From NCBI GenBank assembly GCA_965215125.1, contig OZ244052.1, positions 544,001-608,000 on the forward strand: 64,000 nt of DNA. The letters run 5' to 3'. Origin of the DNA: an uncultured candidatus Porisulfidus sp. GTDB taxonomy: Bacteria > Pseudomonadota > Gammaproteobacteria > Poriferisulfidales > Oxydemutatoraceae. A model generated the notes under the pieces. It did no database searches. It had not been told where the DNA came from and was given only the letters and a program-made list of their open reading frames with translations. Shown here piece by piece: positions 1-9,651 of this stretch. Position 1 is the first letter of the stretch; every line of letters begins with the position of its first letter. Made by a program: the position numbers and the translations under genes.

Positions 1-53
1 GTCAACCGACGCTACGCGTAGACGGGATGACGGTGGGAGGAACCGATATTTGA
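1..53 (+). CDS. tldD: 3' end of TldD metalloprotease (partial)
   Basis: Translates as (G)QPTLRVDGMTVGGTDI*, the conserved TldD C-terminus; overlaps the pmbA start. Confidence 0.8.
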   Translation, partial: QPTLRVDGMTVGGTDI

Positions 54-1399
54 AACCCGAACATTCCGATTTAGTAACGGCAAAAACGCCGCAACAGCTA
101 AAAGAAATAGTCGCCGAAATTCTGGAAAAAGCACAGGGATGCGGTGTGAGTGCTGCCGAAGTATCGGCGTCGGTAAGTCAGAACCTGTCGGTCTCGGTGC
201 GCATGGGAGACATAGACATATTAGAGCGCGGTAGCGATCAGGGCATGGACCTGACCGTTTATCTAGGGAAACGCAGCGGAAGTTCGGCGGCAACCGGTTT
301 GACGCACGCGGATATCGCAAAGCTCGTAGAGGAAGCCGTGAACATCGCAAAATATACCGGCGAGGATGACTATGCGGGTCTCGCCGATGCCGACGATATG
401 GCAACCGAAATACCCGATTTGCAACTTCATCACCCGTGGACGATCGATACTGCGAGTGCTATCGAACTGGCAACCGAATGCGAGGATGCAGCACGTGCCG
501 AACCGTTGATAGTCAATTCCGAAGGTGCGCAACTATCCACGGTTCAAGGCACCTATTGCTACGGCAACACGCACGGTTTTAATGCCGCCTACCGAGGCAC
601 ACGGCATAGTATCTTGTGTTCGGTGGTCGCCGGGAAAAACGGTGCGATGCAACGCGACATGTGGTTTGATAGCAATCGCAATGCCGAAACACTGCAATCG
701 GCGAAGACCATAGGTCGGCGCGCCGCAGAACGCGCCGTGCAGAGATTGGGGGCAAGCAAAGTACAAAGCTGCAAGGTTCCGGTTTTATTTGTTCCGGAAA
801 CGGCGGCTTCGTTGATCGGACATTTCACCGCCGCAATCAGCGGTAGCGCATTATATAAAGGAACCTCGTTCTTGCCGGACTCCTTAAACAAAGCGATATT
901 CCCCGCTTTCGTGCAACTGTCCGAACAACCTCGCCTACCGTGCGGTTTATATAGCGCACCGTTCGACGGCGAGGGCGTTGCCACACGCGATCAAATTATC
1001 GTCGCCGACGGTGTGGTGCAGAACTATATACTCAACAGCTATGCTGCGCGTCGCTTGTCTATGAAAACAACCGCAAATGACGGTGGTTTGAGGAATGTGA
1101 TTTTATCCGGCAAACAAAAAAGCTTTGACGAACTACTCAAAGATATGGACAAAGGATTAGTCGTCACAGAACTCATCGGCATGGGGGTTAACCCAGTAAC
1201 CGGCGATTACTCGCGAGGTGCTTCGGGCTTCTGGGTGGAGAACGGAAAGATAGACCATCCGGTGGAGGAAATCACCATCGCCGGCAACTTGAGTGCAATG
1301 TACTCCGACATCGTAGCACTCGGCAACGATATAGACCAACGCTACAATATCCGCTGCGGTTCCATATTGATAGGGGAAATGGCTATCTCGGGGATGTAG
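50..1399 (+). CDS. pmbA: Metalloprotease PmbA/TldE
   Basis: 449 aa with PFDGEG, TGDYSRGASGFW and EITIAGNL motifs; follows tldD. Confidence 0.92.
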   Translation: MKPEHSDLVTAKTPQQLKEIVAEILEKAQGCGVSAAEVSASVSQNLSVSVRMGDIDILERGSDQGMDLTVYLGKRSGSSAATGLTHADIAKLVEEAVNIAKYTGEDDYAGLADADDMATEIPDLQLHHPWTIDTASAIELATECEDAARAEPLIVNSEGAQLSTVQGTYCYGNTHGFNAAYRGTRHSILCSVVAGKNGAMQRDMWFDSNRNAETLQSAKTIGRRAAERAVQRLGASKVQSCKVPVLFVPETAASLIGHFTAAISGSALYKGTSFLPDSLNKAIFPAFVQLSEQPRLPCGLYSAPFDGEGVATRDQIIVADGVVQNYILNSYAARRLSMKTTANDGGLRNVILSGKQKSFDELLKDMDKGLVVTELIGMGVNPVTGDYSRGASGFWVENGKIDHPVEEITIAGNLSAMYSDIVALGNDIDQRYNIRCGSILIGEMAISGM

Positions 1400-1608
1400 A
1401 TTGCCAGCACAGCCCGACGGGATGGTCGTGTCGTATCTGCACCAGTACAGGTACAGTAGTATATTTGAGCAGCCAAAACCACCTAAAAACTTTTAGATGA
1501 ACTTAGATTACCTAACAAAAATCATCAAATATGACATTTAGATATGTATATCGGATCACGGTCATGATATAGTTTAACGATTGTGTATAAGATAAAAGGA
1601 GTATTAAA

Positions 1609-1887
1609 GTGTCTACACACCTGAATGCTGCGCACCGCCGGCATGAAGTCACCAACAACAATACCAATAGTTTTATTGATGTATTGGCAGTGCTACTAAC
1701 TGGAGGAATAGGAATGTTTTTAGCATTGTTAGGTGTATATCTAGATAACCTTGGATTCCTTATCGCAGGCTGGATCATCATAGCTATTTCTATAGCAGTT
1801 GGTTTAACTAATTTAGGAAAATCTTTTATTGAATTTATGAGTTCATATCGGAATTATAAGGCTGAAAGAAAAAACAAAAATCAATAG
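1609..1887 (+). CDS. Small hypothetical membrane protein (2 TM)
   Basis: GTG start preceded by AAGGAG; two hydrophobic segments and a basic tail; AT-rich. Confidence 0.6.
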   Translation: MSTHLNAAHRRHEVTNNNTNSFIDVLAVLLTGGIGMFLALLGVYLDNLGFLIAGWIIIAISIAVGLTNLGKSFIEFMSSYRNYKAERKNKNQ

Positions 1888-2111
1888 GTTGTCGCCTACC
1901 GGCGTATAACGCAATACATCAATTTTATAGCAAATAGGTTTAGATAATTCGCTCACGGAAGTATCCGAACCCATTGACAATCTCTACTCTGTATTCTTTC
2001 AAACAAGCTGTGAAAAAAGCATTTTAAGGTATCTAAAAACTTTTAGATGACCTAGATACCTATGAGAAATCACCATATAAGCCGACCGAAGCGGCGCACC
2101 GTATCTGCACA

Positions 2112-2195
2112 AGTACATTCCCCTCCTCTGGAGGGGTGGCAGGCGCAATAGAACCGCCGAGTGGGACCGCCGAGTGAGCCAGTAGTTCAATCGGC
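2112..2195 (+). repeat. REP-like mosaic (CCCCTCC..GGAGGGG hairpin plus GCCGA..TCAATCGGC module)
   Basis: Matches copies at 3776, 5081, 9385, 11121 and others. Confidence 0.85.
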
Positions 2196-2521
2196 ATCAC
2201 GTTGTACAAAATCTAAATATTGTGTCTATTACAAACATTACATATGTCAAGGTCAATCGGCGTAACATTGTGCGGAATCTTAGTACATAGTACAAAATGT
2301 AAAGCCTTTCCATGGGGTGGTCGCACAACCGCTTGCGTCACTAAATACTCCAGACCCCAACCGCAATTCTATAAACAAATACAAACCCGTCCGACTACAA
2401 CTTGTTGAAAACCCTATACACTTTTATTAAACTATCAAATACAAACAACAACAGCACCACCGCATACAAAGGTGTGCCGGAGCTACCGTATCAAAATACT
2501 CAACCATAAGGTTTATAAAAC

Positions 2522-3436
2522 ATGAAAATACCCTCAATGACAATGTTCGCAACCACAATGTTAGATAGCTATATGTCTCTCTATCACGAAGATTTTATAG
2601 CGGATGGATTAGAAGACATGGCGGATACTGCATTTTATGACCAGGTAATTGAACTAAATCCTAAGTTGCTTCCTGCTTACTATTGCAGGGCATTGGTTAG
2701 GGGTAAATTAAAAGATGACGAGGGCGCACTTGCAGACTTTAACCGTGTGATTAAGTTAGATAAGAAGAATCAAGATGCTTATTATATGAGAGCTTTCATC
2801 AAGAATAAATTAGGAAATTTTCAGGGAGCGATTGCGGACTTAAATAGATTCCTTAAAAAGAACCCCAAGAATAGTTCCGCCTACAATACTCGAGGTTTTT
2901 CCAAATTTAAATTAAAAGACTACGAAGGAGCAGCCAAAGACTTCAACAGAGTGGTTGAACTAGACCCGAATTATTCTAGCGGCTATGATTTTAGAGGTCT
3001 TAGTAAAGTTATATTGGGAGATTATGAGTCGGCAATCGCAGACTTCAGCAAATTGATCGAACTAGACCCAAAGTATACTAATGCTTTCTATCACAGGGGT
3101 ATGGTTAAAGACGGATTAAAAGACCCTAAGGGAGCCATTGCAGACTTTGACAAAGCCATCGAACTAGACCCGGAGTATGCTGACGCTTATAGCAGTAGAG
3201 GCATTGTTAGGGGAAACCTTGGAGACTTTGAGTCTGCCATTGCAGACTTCGACAAAGCGATTGAACTAAGCCCGGAGTATACAGAGGTTTATCACAACAG
3301 GGGCCTTGCTAATGAAAACTTAAAAAACTATAAAGCGGCTGTTGCCGACTACGACGAAGCCATTAAATTAGAACCATCTAATGAGATTTTTAGACAGGCA
3401 AGGCAGAGGGTTCAAAAGAAACTTGATGATTCCTAA
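2522..3436 (+). CDS. Tetratricopeptide repeat protein
   Basis: 34-aa periodic AY..RG..K..LGD...AIADF..AIELDP repeats. Confidence 0.92.
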   Translation: MKIPSMTMFATTMLDSYMSLYHEDFIADGLEDMADTAFYDQVIELNPKLLPAYYCRALVRGKLKDDEGALADFNRVIKLDKKNQDAYYMRAFIKNKLGNFQGAIADLNRFLKKNPKNSSAYNTRGFSKFKLKDYEGAAKDFNRVVELDPNYSSGYDFRGLSKVILGDYESAIADFSKLIELDPKYTNAFYHRGMVKDGLKDPKGAIADFDKAIELDPEYADAYSSRGIVRGNLGDFESAIADFDKAIELSPEYTEVYHNRGLANENLKNYKAAVADYDEAIKLEPSNEIFRQARQRVQKKLDDS

Positions 3437-3501
3437 TCCATAGGGCAGATCATTCCTCTCCTTCGGAGGGGCGGACTTCGCCTGCTGGGTGGTTGTGTCG
3501 T

Positions 3502-3750
3502 AGGGCTGTTGAAAAAGTGAGGGCATCGCTCAAACCCAATCGCTGTGCACCGTGAATATTTGCAAACCACCTGCAGGGGCGGACTTCATTAAATTTGCCG
3601 ATTGACCTACTGGCTCAATCGGCGGCTCTATTCTGCCCGTAACGCGTTGTGCCTGCACGATTTATACATTTATTTATTCAATTTATGGAAACCAAAACCA
3701 AATGGCGCAAGCGGTTACAGTTTTGCAGAACAGTATTTTTCAACAGCCCC
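3502..3750. mobile_element. MITE-like non-autonomous element inserted in a REP spacer
   Basis: 14-bp TIR GGGCTGTTGAAAAA (3503-3516) / TTTTTCAACAGCCC (3736-3749); 5-bp direct repeat GTCGT at 3497-3501 and 3751-3755. Confidence 0.7.
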
Positions 3751-3851
3751 GTCGTGTCTGAACGAGTACGGTGTCGGTACATTCCCCTCCTTCGGAGGGG
3801 TGGTTCACAACCGCTTGCACCACATAATTATACAAACCACCTCCTCCATCC

Positions 3852-5033
3852 CTATCGATACTCCGCTAACTTTTGCATCAACTTGCTTAGTGAAATAACC
3901 ACCACATCATCGCCGATTGAAAACTCATCGCCACCCCCATACACGATGTACTTTTTAGTCGCTCCCACATCTTCGCAAGTTCGGCTGTAGTGTTTGCTCG
4001 GCTTCGGGGCAACACCGTACTTAATCTCAACTGCCCAGATTTCCGAAAACGAAAGTTTGATTACCAAATCTATCTCGGCACCCGCCGCAGTATGATAAAA
4101 GTAGGTTTCGGCACGACTCGGTAGCACGGAATGTATGTTCTCAATGACAAACCCTTCCCAACTTTTACCCAATGCCGGATACGATAACAATGCGTCATAA
4201 GTGTCAATGCCTAATAGCCGATGTTGAATACCGCTATCTCGGATATAGTAGCGCGGCGATTTTACCAACCGCTTTTTGATATTGACATACCAAGGTTGCA
4301 GCCGTCTCACTAAAAGTAAATCAACCAAGATATCAATGTAGTGATTGATCGTCACCCGTTGGACTTCCAGATTGCTCGCCAGTTTAGAGACATTCACCAC
4401 TTCACCCTGCAAATGTGCCAGCATAGTCCACAAGCGGCGCAACTTGCCGGCCGGCACCCTAAAACCCATTTGCGGCACATCGCGTTCTAGGTAGGTGCGA
4501 ATCAAATCTTCCAACCAATCCATAGTCAAGTCGTCGTCGGATGCTAAATAACTAATCGGGAAACCGCCTCTAAGCCAAAGCCGTTTAAGGTTATCGCTAT
4601 CTGCTTCGGTTTCCAATACATTAAAACCACCCATTTCAATATAACTAACACGACCAGCCAAACTCTCCGACGATTGACGCAACAAATCCGGCGAAGCGGA
4701 ACCCAATAATAAAAATTGTCCGTGCTTATGTCCCCGTTCCTTGTTCTTATCTATCAGCCCTCGCAACACCACAAACAAATCAGGCGCGCGTTGAATCTCA
4801 TCTAAGATGATTAGCTTGTCGCCGTGATTGCTCAAAAAACTACTCGGATCCCTGAGCTTCAAAACATCTTCCGGTGCCTCTAAATCAAGATAGACTGAAC
4901 TTTGACCCGCCATTACCATCTTGGCAAGCGTGGTTTTACCCACTTGACGGCATCCCAGCAACACCACAGCAGGATTGCGTGAGATAGCTTTTTCCAGCCT
5001 ATTTTTAATGTATCGCTCCAACATACCTTGCAT
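3852..5033 (-). CDS. AAA_14 family ATP-binding protein with DUF4143 domain
   Basis: Walker A GCRQVGKT, Walker B ILDEIQ, LLGSAS, SESLAGR, C-terminal EIDL..AVEIK. Confidence 0.88.
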   Translation of the reverse strand: MQGMLERYIKNRLEKAISRNPAVVLLGCRQVGKTTLAKMVMAGQSSVYLDLEAPEDVLKLRDPSSFLSNHGDKLIILDEIQRAPDLFVVLRGLIDKNKERGHKHGQFLLLGSASPDLLRQSSESLAGRVSYIEMGGFNVLETEADSDNLKRLWLRGGFPISYLASDDDLTMDWLEDLIRTYLERDVPQMGFRVPAGKLRRLWTMLAHLQGEVVNVSKLASNLEVQRVTINHYIDILVDLLLVRRLQPWYVNIKKRLVKSPRYYIRDSGIQHRLLGIDTYDALLSYPALGKSWEGFVIENIHSVLPSRAETYFYHTAAGAEIDLVIKLSFSEIWAVEIKYGVAPKPSKHYSRTCEDVGATKKYIVYGGGDEFSIGDDVVVISLSKLMQKLAEYR

Positions 5034-5080
5034 ATTGCATTATTTTTATGCAAATTGCAAGGTATCATTCCCTTCTGGAT

Positions 5081-5262
5081 GGAGTGGTTGCAACGGGTAC
5101 ATTCCCCTCCTTTGGAGGGGTGGCAGGCTATGTCCGACGGAGTGGTTGCAACGGGTACATTCCCCTCCTTTGGAGGGGTGGCAGGCTATGTCCGACGGAA
5201 TGGTTGCAACGGGTACATTCCCCTCCTTTGGAGGGGTGGCAGGCGCAGCCTGACGGGGTGGT
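5081..5262 (+). repeat. Three tandem 58-bp REP-like units
   Basis: Units start at 5081, 5139 and 5197 and are near identical. Confidence 0.92.
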
Positions 5263-5418
5263 TCACAACCGCTTGCGCCATAAATATTCACAAACCACAA
5301 ATCAAATTCCCACAAAATTAGCAAATACAAAACCCACACGACCACAACTTATTGAAAACCGCATACACTTTCATTAAACTATCAAACAAAAACAATAACG
5401 GCACCACCGTATAAAAAA

Positions 5419-6204
5419 TTGCGCCGGAGCTACCACATCAAAATACTTAACTATAAGGTTTATAAAAAGAGTAAATTAAGAGATAACGAGAACGCACTTG
5501 CGGACTTTAACCGAGCAATTAAGCTAGGCAAGAAACATCGAGATGCCTACTATATGAGAAGCTTCACCAAGTGTAGATTAGGAAATTTTCAGGGAGCACT
5601 CGTAGACTTAAATAAAGTTCTTAAAAAGGATTCCAAAGATGGTTTTGCCTACAACACACGAGGTTTTTCCAAATTTAAATTAGAAGACTACGAAGGGACA
5701 GCCAAAGACTTCAACAAAGTGGTTGAACTAGACCCGAACTATTCTACTAACTATGATGTAAGAGGTCTTAGTAAAGTTATATTGGGAGACTACGAGTCCG
5801 CAATCGCAGACTTCGACACATTGATTGAGCTAGACCCGGAATATGCTAATGCTTACCACAATAGAGGTGGTATTAAGGAAAAATTAGGAGACTTCAAGGA
5901 GGCGATTAAAGACTTTGACAGAGCGATTGAACTAGATCCAAATTATATTTATGCATACTATAACAGAGGTATTCTTAGAGGAGAGTCGGAAAACCTCAAG
6001 GGAGCGATTGAAGACTTCAGCAGAGTAATCGAGCTAAATCCAGAATATGCCGATGCTTACTATAACAGAGGCATTGTTAATGAAAACTTAAAAAACTACA
6101 CGAATGCCGTTGCCGACTTTGACGAAGCTATTAAGCTAGAACCATCTGATAAGGCTTATAGAGAAGCAAGACAACAGGCGCAACAAAAACTTGATAATTC
6201 CTAA
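5419..6204 (+). pseudogene. TPR protein, 5'-truncated paralog of 2522-3436 (could still be translated from an alternative start)
   Basis: The shared leader ending TAAGGTTTATAAAA joins directly to sequence homologous to about 2699 of the paralog; the ATG and first ~59 codons are missing. Confidence 0.6.
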
Positions 6205-6337
6205 TCCGTAGGGGGCATATCATTCCCTTCCTTGTAGATAGTATGGATGACCAGCTTTGCTGAAAGTTGGTTAAACTTTCATTTTAGTTCCCTTCTTAAG
6301 AGGGGTTTAATTAACCACTAAACAAAGGAGGTCATCC

Positions 6338-7486
6338 ATGACTAGTATACTGTATGTTGGCATTGATGTTGATGATAAGAGTTTCACTGCCACAGCCATT
6401 TCTAAACACAATAATTATCATTCCATTAAAACGCGTCCGGACTTTGCATCACTGCATAAGGCAATCACCAAAGTCGCTTTGCCGTATGAACAGATTAGGG
6501 TCTGTTATGAAGCAAGCTATTTAGGCTTTTCGTTAAAGCGACAATTTGATGCGCTGGGCATTCACTGCGATGTGATTGCGCCGTCGCTGATCCCGGTGCG
6601 TCCCTCGGATCGTATCAAGACCGATCGCCTAGATAGCGTCAAGCTGGCTGAATACTACCGACAAGGTATGTTGAAAATCGTCCACGATATTGATACTGAG
6701 ACCGAAGGTCACCGACAACTCATTCGTGGACACCAACAAGTGGTCAACACCTGCAAGATCTATAAACTGCAGATTTTGTCGTCGTGCCGTTATCGCGGGA
6801 TTAGTTATCGCACCAGTATGCAGGCCAAGAGCTATTGGACGAAGCAGCACATGGCATTCTTAAAGCGGCTCCTAGTCGACGACAGTTTAGATAAGTATTT
6901 CCGCCTCGATTTAGAGAACAAGTTATATCTATTGGAGACGCAACAAGGGGTTATCAGACGCTATGAGAACGATATACATCAGTTAGCGATATCCGAGCCG
7001 TATCGTCGGGCGGTCGGCTATTTATGTTGTATCAGAGGCATTGCCGAGTTGATTGCGATGACGCTGATTGTTGAGATTGGCGACATCGGTCGGTTTGTCA
7101 AGGCGCGTCATCTGGCCGGTTATGCCGGCTTCAGTATCAGTGAGTATAGTTCCGGTGGCAAGAGTCGCAAAGGGGGTATTACCGGGATGGGCAACAAATA
7201 CATCCGCACGGTGTGCGTGGAAGCCTGCCAGTTGGCGGGTAGACGCTATAGCGTGAATAAGGCATTGCGTGCCCGACGCGCCGACCAAGACCTAGTGGCT
7301 ATAGAGATAGGCGACCGTTGCATGAAGCGTTTGTATAAGAAGTATCAGACGATGTATCATGCCAACAAACCGTTCAACAAGATTAAGGTGGCGTGTGCCA
7401 GAGAGCTACTCGGTTTTGTGTGGGAAGCCTTGCGTGCTGCCCAGGCCGCTGAAAACGCATTGCACGCCGCACCGGTGGTTGAGTAA
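6338..7486 (+). CDS. IS110 family DEDD recombinase/transposase
   Basis: VGIDV, CYEAS, KTDRLD (DEDD) and C-terminal YAG...SSGG serine motif; RBS AAGGAGG. Confidence 0.95.
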   Translation: MTSILYVGIDVDDKSFTATAISKHNNYHSIKTRPDFASLHKAITKVALPYEQIRVCYEASYLGFSLKRQFDALGIHCDVIAPSLIPVRPSDRIKTDRLDSVKLAEYYRQGMLKIVHDIDTETEGHRQLIRGHQQVVNTCKIYKLQILSSCRYRGISYRTSMQAKSYWTKQHMAFLKRLLVDDSLDKYFRLDLENKLYLLETQQGVIRRYENDIHQLAISEPYRRAVGYLCCIRGIAELIAMTLIVEIGDIGRFVKARHLAGYAGFSISEYSSGGKSRKGGITGMGNKYIRTVCVEACQLAGRRYSVNKALRARRADQDLVAIEIGDRCMKRLYKKYQTMYHANKPFNKIKVACARELLGFVWEALRAAQAAENALHAAPVVE

Positions 7487-7979
7487 GCTCGTTAAGCAAG
7501 AGGCTGCCAGATAGAGTTCTGAGAGACCGAGGGAGTTGAAGCTAAAGTCAATGACAAGTTCCGAACTTAGATGCCGTCCTAGAGTATCTGCCCATAGAAA
7601 ACTGCCAGGCGTGATGCGTGGTAGGGCAACTGACCGTAGATTAAGGGGCACAGTTCATCCAATTAACTTATCATGTGGTAATGCGAAAGCAAAGTACACG
7701 AATATGAGGTTGATAATACCGAACGACTCATTAGTTGAGTACTTTAGCGGTGCTTCGCTCTGTCTCTCTTCGGTACAGCATGATGCCGTTAACAAGGAGA
7801 TAAAGCAGGTGCACGAAAGCCGCCACGACAAGTGGCGCATACACATACCTGATGCATGCTTTAAGAGGGGTGGCGCATTGCTATCGCTCGCTCCTTGTTG
7901 GCATCATCTGTGCCGTCATTTAACCCTTGAGTTCTGGTGACTTTTGGGAATGTAGACTTCGGTAAAAATTTAACTTGAC
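7487..7979 (+). ncRNA. Putative bridge/seek RNA region of IS110-A
   Basis: Structured non-coding right end with matches to the target (ATCTGCCC, 7586-93) and to the donor junction (ATATGAG, 7702-08); RNA boundaries unknown. Confidence 0.6.
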
Positions 7980-8201
7980 AAGCTGGTCATCCATATGAGG
8001 GGCAGATTTGCATGTCTGCCCTTAGGGTAGCAGGCGCAACCTGACGGAGTGATCACAGAGAGGGGCTGTTGAAAAAGTATCGTCATTACACAATCCAACC
8101 ACTTTGGACTTATAAGAACAGACCCTACTTGTCCGACCTACATACCCGTATTAAGACTCTGTAAAACGTTACGCAGATTAACCTACTGGCTTAATCGGCG
8201 G

Positions 8202-9170
8202 TCATCTCTTTAGCTTTTTAATTTCAGCGACAGATAAACCTGTGACTTCGGAAATCAACGAAACCTCCAGACCCTTTTGCAACATATTTAAGGCGATTTC
8301 GTGCATGCCTTGAACTCGGCCTTCCTCCATGCCCTGAACTCGGCCTTGCTCCATGCCTTTTGCCAGACCTTCCTTTAACGCACCGCGCCTTTCCAGTTGA
8401 ATCCCTATCTCATACTTCATGCGATCTATAGTCTCCCAGTGTGATTCTTTGTTTTTTGATATCTCCTCTAAATGTTCTAATATCATTTTCGTCTCTCCGT
8501 CTTGTGATAAATACGCTACTTGCTCGGGTGTCAATTCCGCCGAGTGCTTAATAATATAGCACCACCTATCCTTCATATCAACAAGGTCGCGGTAGCTCTT
8601 CTTGAACTTATTCAATTCCACTATGACGATCTTTGCACCGATATCGAAATGGTATTCTATCTCGTTGCGGTCTACAAATCCTATTTCAGTGATAAAGTTG
8701 TGCTTTCCTTTGAATACCGTGAACCGGGTAAATCCCAACGAGTAGGTCGGATTGAGGTTTGCATAGTCATCGCCACGGTTTAGGTCTTGAATAAACAGCA
8801 AAGCCCAATAGGCGAACATTCTAAGTAGGAAGTTTTTTTGGAAGGCGACTTGCATTTCTATATTGACATTTTCTCCGCCACTTAATTTGACGCTGAGGTC
8901 GAGGACGACCTGCTTGCCGTGTGGTTTAGTCGGTGGAATGGAGGTGTCTTTGAACCGTAGTTTATCACTTGATTGCTGCTGCTGTTGTTCGGCTGCTTTT
9001 TTAGAGGTGGCAGAAGTTTTGAGGTTTAGGACATCGACATCCGAGACATTATCGGAGATTGGCAAGAAGCTCTTAATGAGCGACAGCAGTAATCGCTTGT
9101 TGCCGGTAAAGTATCGTTTGAAGGCAATGTCTTTTGTCAGCGGTAAATATTTAGGTTGTTTTTTTGCCAT
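8202..9170 (-). CDS. Rpn family PD-(D/E)XK nuclease (PDDEXK_2-like)
   Basis: D.AFKR.F, LDL..NIEMQ motifs; C-terminal GM.QGR repeats and IA.NML..G....ISEVTGLS tail. Confidence 0.9.
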   Translation of the reverse strand: MAKKQPKYLPLTKDIAFKRYFTGNKRLLLSLIKSFLPISDNVSDVDVLNLKTSATSKKAAEQQQQQSSDKLRFKDTSIPPTKPHGKQVVLDLSVKLSGGENVNIEMQVAFQKNFLLRMFAYWALLFIQDLNRGDDYANLNPTYSLGFTRFTVFKGKHNFITEIGFVDRNEIEYHFDIGAKIVIVELNKFKKSYRDLVDMKDRWCYIIKHSAELTPEQVAYLSQDGETKMILEHLEEISKNKESHWETIDRMKYEIGIQLERRGALKEGLAKGMEQGRVQGMEEGRVQGMHEIALNMLQKGLEVSLISEVTGLSVAEIKKLKR

Positions 9171-9354
9171 GAAATCTCCTGTAAATTTTAGTTAAAACCT
9201 ATAATTTGAGAGAATATTCGGGATGTTTTTAGACAAACGGATGAACAGTAGTAAATATCCGATAAATGGTATGAAATGTTGGGAAATAGTCTGTTTGGGC
9301 GGATTATTTCTTTTCTTGGGAAGCAATGATGGTTTGCGTAATCAGTGGCGCAAG

Positions 9355-9515
9355 GGGTGGTCGTGTCTGTACGAGTACGGTGTCGGTACATTCCCCTCCT
9401 TCGGAGGGGTGGCAGACGCAGCCTGACTGGGTGGTCGTGGAAAATCTGCACAAGTATAGTGCTAGTACATTCCCCTCCTTCGGAGGGGTGGCAGACGCAG
9501 CCTGACGGGATGGTT
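9355..9515 (+). repeat. Two tandem REP-like units
   Basis: GTACATTCCCCTCCTTCGGAGGGGTGGCAGACGCAGCCTGAC occurs twice. Confidence 0.9.
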
Positions 9516-9651
9516 CATAACCGTTTTCGCCACAACTTATTGAAAACCACCTATGCTTTCATTAAACTATCAAACAAAAACAACAACGGCATTACCGTAT
9601 GAAAATTGTGTCGGAAATACCGTATCAAGGCACACCAAAAGGAATTTAATT

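Larger units (their letters stand above)
6236..7999 (+). mobile_element. IS110-family element, IS1111 type (IS110-A)
   Basis: Perfect 16-bp subterminal IR TATGGATGACCAGCTT (6242-6257 / 7980-7995); AG core at both ends (6236-37, 7998-99); ~490-bp 3' non-coding region; removal restores a REP. Confidence 0.88.

Noticed and set aside
5081-5262. CRISPR array (also 9355-9515 and 21783-21909)
   Set aside because: Inter-repeat segments are identical or homologous rather than unique spacers, units are 58-80 bp and dispersed genome-style, and there are no cas genes.
4975-5377. Overlapping short ORFs over REP tracts (also 3602-3898, 9345-9602, 20376-20605, 21768-22007)
   Set aside because: They are translations of palindromic repeats in several frames with no convincing RBS.
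2522-6204. Diversity-generating retroelement (template/variable repeat pair of TPR paralogs)
   Set aside because: Differences affect all four bases rather than only adenines, and there is no reverse transcriptase in the window.
7536-7940. 134-aa ORF in the IS110-A right end
   Set aside because: TTG start, no recognisable motif; the region is better explained as structured non-coding RNA.
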